Shown piece by piece: positions 10,169 through 18,843 of a DNA stretch of 64,000 nucleotides. The DNA is from an uncultured virus (IMG/VR IMGVR_UViG_3300017747_004610) (taxonomy: Duplodnaviria; Heunggongvirae; Uroviricota; Caudoviricetes), in the IMG/VR virus record IMGVR_UViG_3300017747_004610, one strand, 5' to 3'. Made by a program: the position numbers and the translations under genes. Position 1 is the stretch's first letter, and each line of letters begins with the position of its first letter. The notes under the pieces are model-generated. The model saw only the letters and a program-made list of their open reading frames with translations, ran no database searches and was not told where the DNA came from.

Positions 10169-10746
10169 ATGATTTGTTTCTCTATTTGTTTTTGATTGAG
10201 TATATCGATACAAAAACTTCCAGCATAAACTATCCTCTTTTTTTCCGAGTTTGGAGTCGGTATTGCAGTATGTCGTATGTCTGCTGGAAATATAAATATA
10301 TCCCCAACTTCAGGTAAAAATTTATATCTTTGTTTATTTTCGTCTTCAAATACTATACATCCTTCATCCCCACTTATTTCATCTGTTGTCTGTAAATAAA
10401 ACGTGAAAGTATAATCTGTTAAAATATTTGACCTACCAGAAGGATGAACTTGAATGTGTTGATGCATCCATTCTAAATTGAACCCTTTTTTTTGAGTATA
10501 CACCCAATAATGTTGAGCATAATTGGTGAATTTTTTATTAGATATATTCTCTATTTGATTTTTAATATATGAATTTATCGATTGAAAACACTCCGTTTCT
10601 ATTTCTATCCAAACAGAATTATCATTGGTATGTGTTGCCATTCCATCATTTAACTCAACATATTTCAAAAATTCATCAATAGAATACTCATTATTGTACT
10701 TCCCTTTATATATTGTGAACTTTTCAGATAACTTTATTGGCGTCAT
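10165..10746 (-). CDS. Putative 2OG-Fe(II) oxygenase (TIGR02466-like)
   Basis: WMHQH, FTFYL, GDIFIFPADIRHTA, RIVYAG. Confidence 0.75.
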   Translation of the reverse strand: MTPIKLSEKFTIYKGKYNNEYSIDEFLKYVELNDGMATHTNDNSVWIEIETECFQSINSYIKNQIENISNKKFTNYAQHYWVYTQKKGFNLEWMHQHIQVHPSGRSNILTDYTFTFYLQTTDEISGDEGCIVFEDENKQRYKFLPEVGDIFIFPADIRHTAIPTPNSEKKRIVYAGSFCIDILNQKQIEKQII

Positions 10747-11345
10747 ATGATAGATGTTGGTGACTTGAATTTTATAATACCATCTCCCTTTACGAAAATT
10801 CCATTCTTAAAATAAGTCCAGTTAATCGTATGAATTGGAGTAACTATTTTTGTAAATTTATGTGGGTCAATCTTATATTCATAATAATTCAACTCACTTT
10901 GTTTTCTAAATGTAAAATAATTAAAAATCGATAAAATACAATTATCATTAGCAATAGTTTTACAATAATCTTCAAATTTTTCGTAATTGATATCGTCATG
11001 TGTATCCATGAATATTCCATCAAATTTTTGATTAAGTTTTGGGATAACCTCCACCCAATCTCCAAATATAATGGTTACATTTGATTTGTTTTTAGCCCAA
11101 TTTTGAGCTTTTTCATAAATCTGAGGATTAATTTCAATACAGGTATAATGATTAGCTAAACTACTCATTTTGTTTGCAGAAAATCCCATACCAAAACCAA
11201 CATCTAAAACGTTACCCCCATTTTGACAAACTATATATGAGTACATTTCCATCAAAGATTTTGATGCAGAATCCATAACAATAGATCTCGGGTTATTCTT
11301 AAAATGAATATTTTTATCCGTAAAAACGACTACTTCATCTTTCAT
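10743..11345 (-). CDS. Class I SAM methyltransferase, GAMT/RMT2-like
   Basis: GGNVLDVGFGMG, CIEINPQI, GDWVEVIP, FDGIFMDT. Confidence 0.8.
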   Translation of the reverse strand: MKDEVVVFTDKNIHFKNNPRSIVMDSASKSLMEMYSYIVCQNGGNVLDVGFGMGFSANKMSSLANHYTCIEINPQIYEKAQNWAKNKSNVTIIFGDWVEVIPKLNQKFDGIFMDTHDDINYEKFEDYCKTIANDNCILSIFNYFTFRKQSELNYYEYKIDPHKFTKIVTPIHTINWTYFKNGIFVKGDGIIKFKSPTSII

Positions 11346-11357
11346 GTGTATTATACA

Positions 11358-11789
11358 TTATAGTAAATCTTTTTTATTAAAACGCTCGTATCTCCCATAA
11401 TTACTCAATAATTCTTCGCCCTTATATATTATTCGGTTAGTAAGGAATGTGTCCTTATCTATGTTGGACTTATCGAATCCACTATTAATAAAGTAGTATG
11501 GTGTAGTATAAATCCAATGGCATCCTTTTGTCAACTTTACATAGGTACGGTTATCTGACGGAAAATCAGGTCCATATAAAAATATGTCTTTGATATGAGT
11601 ATAAAGTTCGTTAGGTAATAGAAGTAATTCAGATTCTAATATTGGATACAAACCTGTTTCTCCATTCCAAACTTCAAATGGATTAATTTGAGATGGAATG
11701 TCTTTGATTGCAAATACACCAATTCCTTGGACTCTACTTGGTTTTAACCTTACAAAAATTTTGGTAGATATATACTCGAAGGGAGTCAT
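11358..11789 (-). CDS. SET-domain protein (putative lysine methyltransferase)
   Basis: RLKPSRVQGIGVFAIKDIP, YFINS, RIIYKGEELLSNY. Confidence 0.8.
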   Translation of the reverse strand: MTPFEYISTKIFVRLKPSRVQGIGVFAIKDIPSQINPFEVWNGETGLYPILESELLLLPNELYTHIKDIFLYGPDFPSDNRTYVKLTKGCHWIYTTPYYFINSGFDKSNIDKDTFLTNRIIYKGEELLSNYGRYERFNKKDLL

Positions 11790-11932
11790 TACATATGCTT
11801 TGCAATAAACAATTCAAAAAACTTGGCAACTGTTTGATTGACTTGTGTTTTTTCAGTTTGACTTAAAGCACTTGTTTTTCTTGTCTCAACTTGAGACATA
11901 GTTACTTTCTTATATAATGATGGATTTGTCAT
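11789..11932 (-). CDS. Small 47-aa protein or candidate substrate peptide
   Basis: Not in track; MTNPSLYKKVTMSQVETRKTSALSQTEKTQVNQTVAKFFELFIAKHM*; starts 7 nt after the Hint gene stop and its TAA overlaps the SET ATG (TAATG). Confidence 0.75.
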   Translation of the reverse strand: MTNPSLYKKVTMSQVETRKTSALSQTEKTQVNQTVAKFFELFIAKHM

Positions 11933-11939
11933 GTTTTTA

Positions 11940-14195
11940 TTATTTATTGTGAACTAAAATTTTATTTGCAAAAAAGTTATGATTTTCCGAAACACTTAAT
12001 AGATTGTAAACAGTATGTGAGCTTACATCTTCTTTAACACTAATAATGGTTATATCAGTTTTATCATCTTTAATACATACATCACCTTCTTGAAGATTTT
12101 TCGCTTCAACCCAACCTTTTTCTTTTACGAAGAATGGATGTTCAGGAGTTGTAGTTAATAATGTCGTATCATCAAATACCAAATCAATAACATCTTCAAC
12201 ATTATGTATTTTCAAATCACCAACAATACCTAATTCAGTTTCTCCAGTCAATTCATTATAAGTAAGAACTTTTTCCCCAACAACAACATCTTCAATATTT
12301 TTGTATTCTCCATCAAGTAAAGTTATTTTGGTACCCGCAACAAAACAACGATTGTGTACTAATCGATTGTTTGCAAAAAAGTTATGGTTGTTTTCCACTA
12401 CTTTTACATTATAAACAATTACTGCCTCTGAAATAATATCAATTGATTTAATAAGGGACTCTGTACCATCTTCCTTAAGGATTTTAATTCCGACTTCAGC
12501 TTGTCTAGTGGTCAACCCATAAACGTTAAGTGTATACTTAGGGTCTTGTGATATCCAACCGATTTGACGTGAATAAATTGGGTGGTCCAACGTTGACTCC
12601 AAAATTGTATCATCCTCGAATGTATACTTTACTGTTTTGTCAACTTTTCTAGAACCAACACCTCTAACTTTTTGTTTTTCAACCATAGAGGTATTAAAAT
12701 TATAAGATAAAACTACATCACCAATTTGAATATTTTCAACATTTTTTTGTGTTTTATCTTCCAAAGTTATTTTTGTACCAGCAACAAAACAAGGTGCGTT
12801 ATGTGAAATTACTCCGTTGAATGGTGTTGACCCACTAATAATATAGGTATCAGTATCTTCAGCGTCAAGTTCTACTAATTTCAAACTAGTATCCGTAGTG
12901 ACATAAAAATTGACCTCATCGATCCCAATCAAATCGCCATCGATGTCATACAAATAATCAACTTCAGGTCTCAAATAAACGGAAAGTTTATATTTGGAAA
13001 TGTTTGTGGAAGAATCATAAACTAAAAAGTGTTTATTTGCCCCGATAAATTTAGATTCTGAATCAACCACGATTTCAACTAACCCCCCATACTTCAATTG
13101 TTTCTCATCCTTAAAAACAACTTCAGATGTAGTCATATAAGACCCTTCGGGAAAATATTGTCCTTCAAATGTCCAATTCATAATTTCTGAATTTATTTCA
13201 ACTTGAGGAGACCCTGAAATGAAAAACGATTTAATAAATTCTCCGACACCAACATCTGCAATCGGCTTATACTCCTCATCCTCCATTAAAATTTGATGAG
13301 TTGACAATAGTCCACCACAATCCAATTTTATGAAATTTGTGGTGTATTCATAATAATGATGGTCAGATATTTTATTAACATATTGAGTATCATCAACTTC
13401 AGATTGAATACTGGTTGGCAATTCGAATATTGAGCTAATCTTATAATTGTGTAATGTAATTATATCTAAATTACCTCCATACACAATATGAAAACTTCTA
13501 ACCGAGATGATATGATCATCCTCATCTAAACTAGAAGGCCCATAATGATATTGTTGAATAATTTTATTTTCGGTATTTATTGAACTTAAAAAAGATGCCC
13601 ATCTGTCCTCGTCACTTTCACCTTCAACAGTAGAACCTATTTTATAAAAATCTATTGGATTGAATTGTTCAATCATGTCCTTAACCGCAACATCAGGGAC
13701 ATTTGGTGAATTAATTATTGAATCTAAACTATTGTTAGATTCTGTTGAGGACGAATAAAAGTACGAAACTACTTTGGATGATTCATTATTTGACGTAAAT
13801 AAATTAAGAAGTTCTACAGTACCTTTACAATAGGTACTATCAAAAAGTGCAGACTCGTCATAAGCCAATCTCAGTATAAATTTATCACTTGAGTCAGGAA
13901 TCGTCGCAGGATAAATTGTATTAATATCTTCATCATGTAAATTTATAACCGTAACAAATGGTGCGTCAGCAGTTATAGTATTTGAAATATGAGTTACAAT
14001 TTTATCATGAATGAAAGGCTTATATACAATATCAAGTTGAGTAATGTTATTTGTCTGAAGTACACTTATAAATTCGGTAAAATCGAAATTATATAATTCA
14101 TTACCAACGATACTTGTATCGGTGTTAAACTCCAATAATCTTAAATTATCATTCGTGTCTTTAACAAAGTCAGCCGAAAATAAAGTTCCTTTCAT
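11940..14195 (-). CDS. Circularly permuted ATP-grasp-like domain fused to three tandem Hint (intein-like) domains
   Basis: N-terminal SADFVKDTNDNLRLLEFNTD. Hint1 ~G295-N466 (degenerate start, ends ISHN); Hint2 C469-N615 (CFVAGT...STLDHP...VYN...LVHN); Hint3 C617-N750 (CFVAGT...TTPEHPF...VYN...LVHN-K). Confidence 0.85.
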   Translation of the reverse strand: MKGTLFSADFVKDTNDNLRLLEFNTDTSIVGNELYNFDFTEFISVLQTNNITQLDIVYKPFIHDKIVTHISNTITADAPFVTVINLHDEDINTIYPATIPDSSDKFILRLAYDESALFDSTYCKGTVELLNLFTSNNESSKVVSYFYSSSTESNNSLDSIINSPNVPDVAVKDMIEQFNPIDFYKIGSTVEGESDEDRWASFLSSINTENKIIQQYHYGPSSLDEDDHIISVRSFHIVYGGNLDIITLHNYKISSIFELPTSIQSEVDDTQYVNKISDHHYYEYTTNFIKLDCGGLLSTHQILMEDEEYKPIADVGVGEFIKSFFISGSPQVEINSEIMNWTFEGQYFPEGSYMTTSEVVFKDEKQLKYGGLVEIVVDSESKFIGANKHFLVYDSSTNISKYKLSVYLRPEVDYLYDIDGDLIGIDEVNFYVTTDTSLKLVELDAEDTDTYIISGSTPFNGVISHNAPCFVAGTKITLEDKTQKNVENIQIGDVVLSYNFNTSMVEKQKVRGVGSRKVDKTVKYTFEDDTILESTLDHPIYSRQIGWISQDPKYTLNVYGLTTRQAEVGIKILKEDGTESLIKSIDIISEAVIVYNVKVVENNHNFFANNRLVHNRCFVAGTKITLLDGEYKNIEDVVVGEKVLTYNELTGETELGIVGDLKIHNVEDVIDLVFDDTTLLTTTPEHPFFVKEKGWVEAKNLQEGDVCIKDDKTDITIISVKEDVSSHTVYNLLSVSENHNFFANKILVHNK

Positions 14196-14251
14196 AATCT
14201 TTTTGGTTATATATTAAATATCTTGCAAGGATTTAATCTGTTTATGTTATT

Positions 14252-14794
14252 CTACAAAAGGGTCTTGCCCTTAGAAGTTGTAGTTCTCGAAATACAAATG
14301 TGAGTTAGTTCCAAACTTTGCGGTAATTTTAACTGAAAATCGATAACATCGTATATTTCAGAAAAATTAACCTTATTAAAACCAACTCTTTTATTGTGTT
14401 CCAAAGTATTCGGATATAAATTAACAATTCTCACTTTTTTATCGAGATTTGAATTAATCATCTTCAAAGAGGATTGTTGTAACTTTAACTTACTTTCCCG
14501 ATAATCGTCAAAACTTCCATTATTAAAAATGGCCGATGTCAGAATGTTGAAAATTGTCTTATCCTTGTATTTCCACTGGTCGAAAAGTTCTTCGAATATT
14601 TTCTGTTGGTAACTCGGATGATAAGTATTATTTATGAAAACATCTAAATCAACAACATCATTCAATATTTTTTCGTAATTTTTCAAGTCATATCCATTAC
14701 TTCTTGAAAATCCGATAACTTCATGATTTTTTCCCAACAAATCAAACAACCCTTTTCCTAAGAAATCACTGTGTCCTGTTATTCCTATCCTCAT
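14252..14794 (-). CDS. Short atypical SDR / Rossmann-fold oxidoreductase
   Basis: MRIGITGH...LG, GFSRSNGYD, VFINN, YRESK (YxxxK). Confidence 0.75.
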   Translation of the reverse strand: MRIGITGHSDFLGKGLFDLLGKNHEVIGFSRSNGYDLKNYEKILNDVVDLDVFINNTYHPSYQQKIFEELFDQWKYKDKTIFNILTSAIFNNGSFDDYRESKLKLQQSSLKMINSNLDKKVRIVNLYPNTLEHNKRVGFNKVNFSEIYDVIDFQLKLPQSLELTHICISRTTTSKGKTLL

Positions 14795-15303
14795 ATCAAA
14801 CTAACTGGTTCTTTGATATTTTCCTTGAATAAAAATATTATTAGTGAATATCTAATCCCATTTTCAATTTTGGTCACCTCGTGTTCTCTAGTATTTCTGA
14901 AAGAATATATCGTCCCCGCTTTTTTCGGAATAATCTCTTTCGGTCCATACAAAATAAAATCACCTCCATCATAGTCATCATTCAAACAAACTCCGACATT
15001 TAATTTTTGATTAGGATAGTATATATCACTATGTCTTTCAAATTGATTTCCGGACTCGTATTTGTGTAAATGTATTACTTCAAACGGTTTGACTATTTCA
15101 ACATTCTCATCTAAAAGCAAAAATTCAGTTATTTTATCAAAAATCCAAGAGACATTTTCATTTCTAAAAATGTTGTAATACGTATATGTTATTTTTTCTC
15201 TTGGTCTTTCAACATGTATACTATTTGCATCTCGATGAGTACCTTCAATTTCTTGAGTTAATTTTATTATCTTATCACACTCTTCTTTTGAAAACGATAC
15301 CAT
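14791..15303 (-). CDS. 2OG-Fe(II) oxygenase (P4H-like)
   Basis: RHSD, LNDDYDGGDF, EHEVTKIENGIRYSL. Confidence 0.85.
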   Translation of the reverse strand: MVSFSKEECDKIIKLTQEIEGTHRDANSIHVERPREKITYTYYNIFRNENVSWIFDKITEFLLLDENVEIVKPFEVIHLHKYESGNQFERHSDIYYPNQKLNVGVCLNDDYDGGDFILYGPKEIIPKKAGTIYSFRNTREHEVTKIENGIRYSLIIFLFKENIKEPVSLI

Positions 15304-15339
15304 GTTTTAATAATAAAATAATTTGATTAAAAATCAAAT

Positions 15340-15456
15340 TTAATGGTTGTAAATAAAAGGGTCTCTCTTTTTCAACTCTTCAATTTTCTTTTTTAATTCT
15401 TTTTTCCTTTTGCGGTCTTTAATTTTTTTCAAAAACCAGTCAATAATTTTCTTCAT
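15340..15456 (-). CDS. Small basic protein ending DPFIY (carbamoyltransferase-associated, SxtK/DUF5989-like tail)
   Basis: Not in track; MKKIIDWFLKKIKDRKRKKELKKKIEELKKRDPFIYNH*; ATGA overlap with the carbamoyltransferase stop. Confidence 0.7.
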   Translation of the reverse strand: MKKIIDWFLKKIKDRKRKKELKKKIEELKKRDPFIYNH

Positions 15457-17120
15457 AGTATTTTGTGTATTATATAATTATCTAAAACTAACAAGTCCAA
15501 GTCAGTATCCTTGAAAGTTTCTATTGCATTAAACGGATTCAGTACCATTGTTTTATCTTTAACGTTGAATGATGTATTCAATATAATTGGATACCCACTT
15601 AGTTTTTCAAACTCAATTAATAAGTCGTGAATAACAGTATTTTCATATACAGTTTGAATTCTTGACGTTCCGTCCACGTGAACAACTGCCGATAATTTAT
15701 CTGCGTATTCTTCTCTAACTTTAACAATTTGATTCATGTATGGTACATCATCAATTGTGTAGAAAAACTCATTCTGTTTCTCTTTAATAACCATAGGGGC
15801 AAAAGGACGAAACCCCTCTCTTTTCTTAATCAATTTATTAATTCTGGATTTCATATCGGGTACAGTAGGGTCGGCTAAAATAGACCTGTGTCCTAATGCT
15901 CTTGCTCCGAATTCGATTCTATCTCTATACCACCCAACTACTTTACCTTCATGGATTTTTTTGGCTACGTATTTTATTAATATATTGTAATCGTGAATTT
16001 CAAAAAAGTTCAAATTTTTAATGTGACCCATATAAAATTCAACATCATACTTTGGTCCCAAAAAAGGATTCTTGGTAACTCTTTTTGTTAATTTTTTATT
16101 TTGTACAAGGTAATGAATACAAGCTCCAACACAGGATCCAGCATCAGATGGTGCGACTGGTATCCAAATTTTTTCAAACTCAGAATTGGATACTATCTTC
16201 CCATTCGCAGTACCATTGTACGCCGAACCACCTCCTAAGCAAAGATTATTACTACCAAGATTTTTCAAACTTTTGATAATATCAAATAAAACTTCTTCGT
16301 ATCTTAGTTGAACTGCCGCTGCTAAATTTTGATGAATTGTAGTAATTTCTTCTTCAGTTAATCTTGGTGAAATACCTAAATGTTCTATTAGTTTTTCGTT
16401 GAACATCAATTTTTCTGACTTATCCCAACAAAAAACATCCATATCACAGATTAATTCTCCATCTTTGAATTCTATTAAACTTCTAATTTTTTCAATATAC
16501 TCTTTAGGGTCTCCGTATGACGCTAATCCCATTAATTTATATTCTCCTTCATTTGGTTTGAATCCCAAATACGAAGTCATTGTAGAATAATAAAGTCCTA
16601 ATGAATGTGGATATTTACCCAAATCATGATATTCAATTCCATCATTATCCGCCAAACCAAAAGATAATGTGTCAATTTCACCAACACCATCAATAGATAA
16701 ACAGATTGCCCTTTCAAAATCGGAAGTGAAAAAAGAATAATACTGATGTGCCAAATGGTGTTCGGAGTAAAATACTCTTCCCTTAAATGGCTTCAAATGT
16801 TTATTTACATCTGATATATTTTTTAAGATTTTAACTAAAGATTTCAAAGAATATTTCGGTGACGTAAAAAAGTTTTTCTTGATGTTACTCAATACTCTTT
16901 TTAGTTTCAGATTGAGGTCTTCATAATAACAAACCATTTCAATATCATCATAGGTTATGTTATAATATCCGAAAATATGTTGAATCGTATTAATTGGAAA
17001 AGAACTGTCGTGTTTGATTCCCGTAAATTTTTCCTCTTCACAAGCAAACACCAACTCCCCGTTTTTGAATAGACAGGCGGATGAATCGTGATAAAAGGAT
17101 GAAATGCCAAGTACGTACAT
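15453..17120 (-). CDS. Carbamoyltransferase, NodU/CmcH/TobZ family
   Basis: LGISSFYHDSSA, EHHLAH, IDGVGE, GEYKLMGLASYG, EFGARALGHRSILADP, REGFRPFAP, HVDGTSRIQTV, LNTSFN. Confidence 0.95.
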   Translation of the reverse strand: MYVLGISSFYHDSSACLFKNGELVFACEEEKFTGIKHDSSFPINTIQHIFGYYNITYDDIEMVCYYEDLNLKLKRVLSNIKKNFFTSPKYSLKSLVKILKNISDVNKHLKPFKGRVFYSEHHLAHQYYSFFTSDFERAICLSIDGVGEIDTLSFGLADNDGIEYHDLGKYPHSLGLYYSTMTSYLGFKPNEGEYKLMGLASYGDPKEYIEKIRSLIEFKDGELICDMDVFCWDKSEKLMFNEKLIEHLGISPRLTEEEITTIHQNLAAAVQLRYEEVLFDIIKSLKNLGSNNLCLGGGSAYNGTANGKIVSNSEFEKIWIPVAPSDAGSCVGACIHYLVQNKKLTKRVTKNPFLGPKYDVEFYMGHIKNLNFFEIHDYNILIKYVAKKIHEGKVVGWYRDRIEFGARALGHRSILADPTVPDMKSRINKLIKKREGFRPFAPMVIKEKQNEFFYTIDDVPYMNQIVKVREEYADKLSAVVHVDGTSRIQTVYENTVIHDLLIEFEKLSGYPIILNTSFNVKDKTMVLNPFNAIETFKDTDLDLLVLDNYIIHKIL

Positions 17121-17647
17121 TATGAATTATATTTTTCAGGATATTCGTTAATTAAGGTTATCCCTCCCTCATTTATTGCATGGTCATAAGCGTTTTTAAC
17201 ATCATCCGCAGTCAAACAATCAAAAAATTTTATTGTTTGAGTTATTGACTGAAACTCTTTGAAATAATTATTTCTGTGTTGAGGGCCTGGATTCAAAGGT
17301 ATTTCCGATCCTTTACCAACTCTAATAATCATATTTGGTTTCCACTGACCATTGCTCATTAATTCCATCTTATCAACATGGTTTATTAATTGATTAGCCG
17401 CACAAATCAAAAAGTCCCATCTCGGATAAAATGTAATCACAAATTTTCCTGTCATTGCAATACCCAAAGACATTCCCATTTGAGAATCTTCCATCACCGG
17501 TAATTCAACCATTTTTTCTTTTGGAACATCGACCAAAGTTGAACTCATCGGGTTTCCCGGAAATAATATCTGTTGTCCAAGAAAAATAGTATCATCCATT
17601 TTTCCTAACTTGGTCATTGCGATTGTTAATGAATCTTTGTATTCCAT
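17120..17647 (-). CDS. TPP-dependent E1 beta-like subunit (pyrimidine-binding domain only)
   Basis: FLGQ, ELPVMEDSQMGMSLGIA, NQLINH, PGPQH. Confidence 0.85.
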   Translation of the reverse strand: MEYKDSLTIAMTKLGKMDDTIFLGQQILFPGNPMSSTLVDVPKEKMVELPVMEDSQMGMSLGIAMTGKFVITFYPRWDFLICAANQLINHVDKMELMSNGQWKPNMIIRVGKGSEIPLNPGPQHRNNYFKEFQSITQTIKFFDCLTADDVKNAYDHAINEGGITLINEYPEKYNS

Positions 17648-18843
17648 TATATTAAACTTTTGAAAAACTTATAATCAGTTTCATCTTGTAATATACTCGT
17701 AACTTTTTTCTTATTAAGTTCAAATCTTTCCTGATTATTTTTATAAAAATTAATTATTTCGTCTTTGATAGAATTTAATCTTTTCACTTCATCAACAAAC
17801 ATAAAAAGCCGTTTTCTCGGGTCTTTTTCATTGTCATAAGAATAATCAATAATATCATCAAACAAATCAAAATCATATCTTTCTTTCAAGAACTTATTAT
17901 GTTCAAAATTAGCCAATATCAAAGGAATTTGAGAATAATAAATTGGCATCAATGATTTTTCTGTAATATGGATTACATCTGTGGATATGTAACCAGTTTC
18001 GGTAACAATATTAACATATGAATTTCTATAAGGATTCATTTCATATGTTTTATAAAAGTCAATGAAGTAAGGTGGCTGGTCAACTCTATAATCTTCTTCA
18101 AACCTACTTTTTTTAATCCCTGATTTTTGAAGAAACAATATTTCATTATAATATTCTTTGAAATCGTCCCTATCAAAAACTTCAAAAAATAAGTTGTATG
18201 ATGGTGTTCCATCTGGATCAGAGAATCGTTCGTTTAATTCATTACCTCGTAACATCGTCCAATCAACTTCATCTAATATCCCTTCTCGTTTCAGTAAAGC
18301 TAACAGAGACACTCTATGTGGTTTTAACATTCTGTTATAACACATAAAAAATGATTCTTTATCTTTTTGAAATTCGTACTTGAATGAGGTCATTCCTTCG
18401 ACCGCCACATAAGGTAATCTATTTGAAGTATGTCCAACAACTTTACTATTCAACTCATTGATTAATTTTTTTATTTTCTGATTTCCATTGATTGCAATTA
18501 TCTGATTCGAATTAATCGATTCTTCATTACAATATTTTTCGATAAGTTTTATTACGTTTCCATTGTCGGACTCATGTTCCGCTAAAATAACAAGAAAACA
18601 ATTGGAGTATAATTTCATTAACTCTTTTACTTTTGAGGATGCAGGAAGTGATTGGAAATTTTCCATATAAGTTCCTGTTATTGTAAATGAATAATATTTT
18701 TGTTCGGAGTCAACCTCAAAATTATTTATATCAATCATTTTAATCCCGTCAACTTTGTTAGCGGTCAAAGTGTTAAAAATATGTTCCTTTTCGTTTTCGA
18801 TATTACTATCAAACAATAAATTAAAATACTTCATAATCTTCAA
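17647..18843 (-). CDS. Putative glycosyltransferase (GT10-like TEK motif family), paralog 1
   Basis: YNRMLKPHR, NIVTET, HITEKSLMPI, DYSYD. Confidence 0.55.
   Translation of the reverse strand: MKIMKYFNLLFDSNIENEKEHIFNTLTANKVDGIKMIDINNFEVDSEQKYYSFTITGTYMENFQSLPASSKVKELMKLYSNCFLVILAEHESDNGNVIKLIEKYCNEESINSNQIIAINGNQKIKKLINELNSKVVGHTSNRLPYVAVEGMTSFKYEFQKDKESFFMCYNRMLKPHRVSLLALLKREGILDEVDWTMLRGNELNERFSDPDGTPSYNLFFEVFDRDDFKEYYNEILFLQKSGIKKSRFEEDYRVDQPPYFIDFYKTYEMNPYRNSYVNIVTETGYISTDVIHITEKSLMPIYYSQIPLILANFEHNKFLKERYDFDLFDDIIDYSYDNEKDPRKRLFMFVDEVKRLNSIKDEIINFYKNNQERFELNKKKVTSILQDETDYKFFKSLI

Noticed and set aside
9626..10213. Track start at 10213 for the 2OG oxygenase
   Set aside because: Would overlap the upstream gene by 49 nt; ATG 10168 gives the ATGA coupling typical of this window
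11940..13320. Canonical selfish inteins / mobile elements
   Set aside because: No homing endonuclease, no +1 Cys/Ser/Thr, and no flanking host-protein C-extein; better read as BIL/Hint autoprocessing domains
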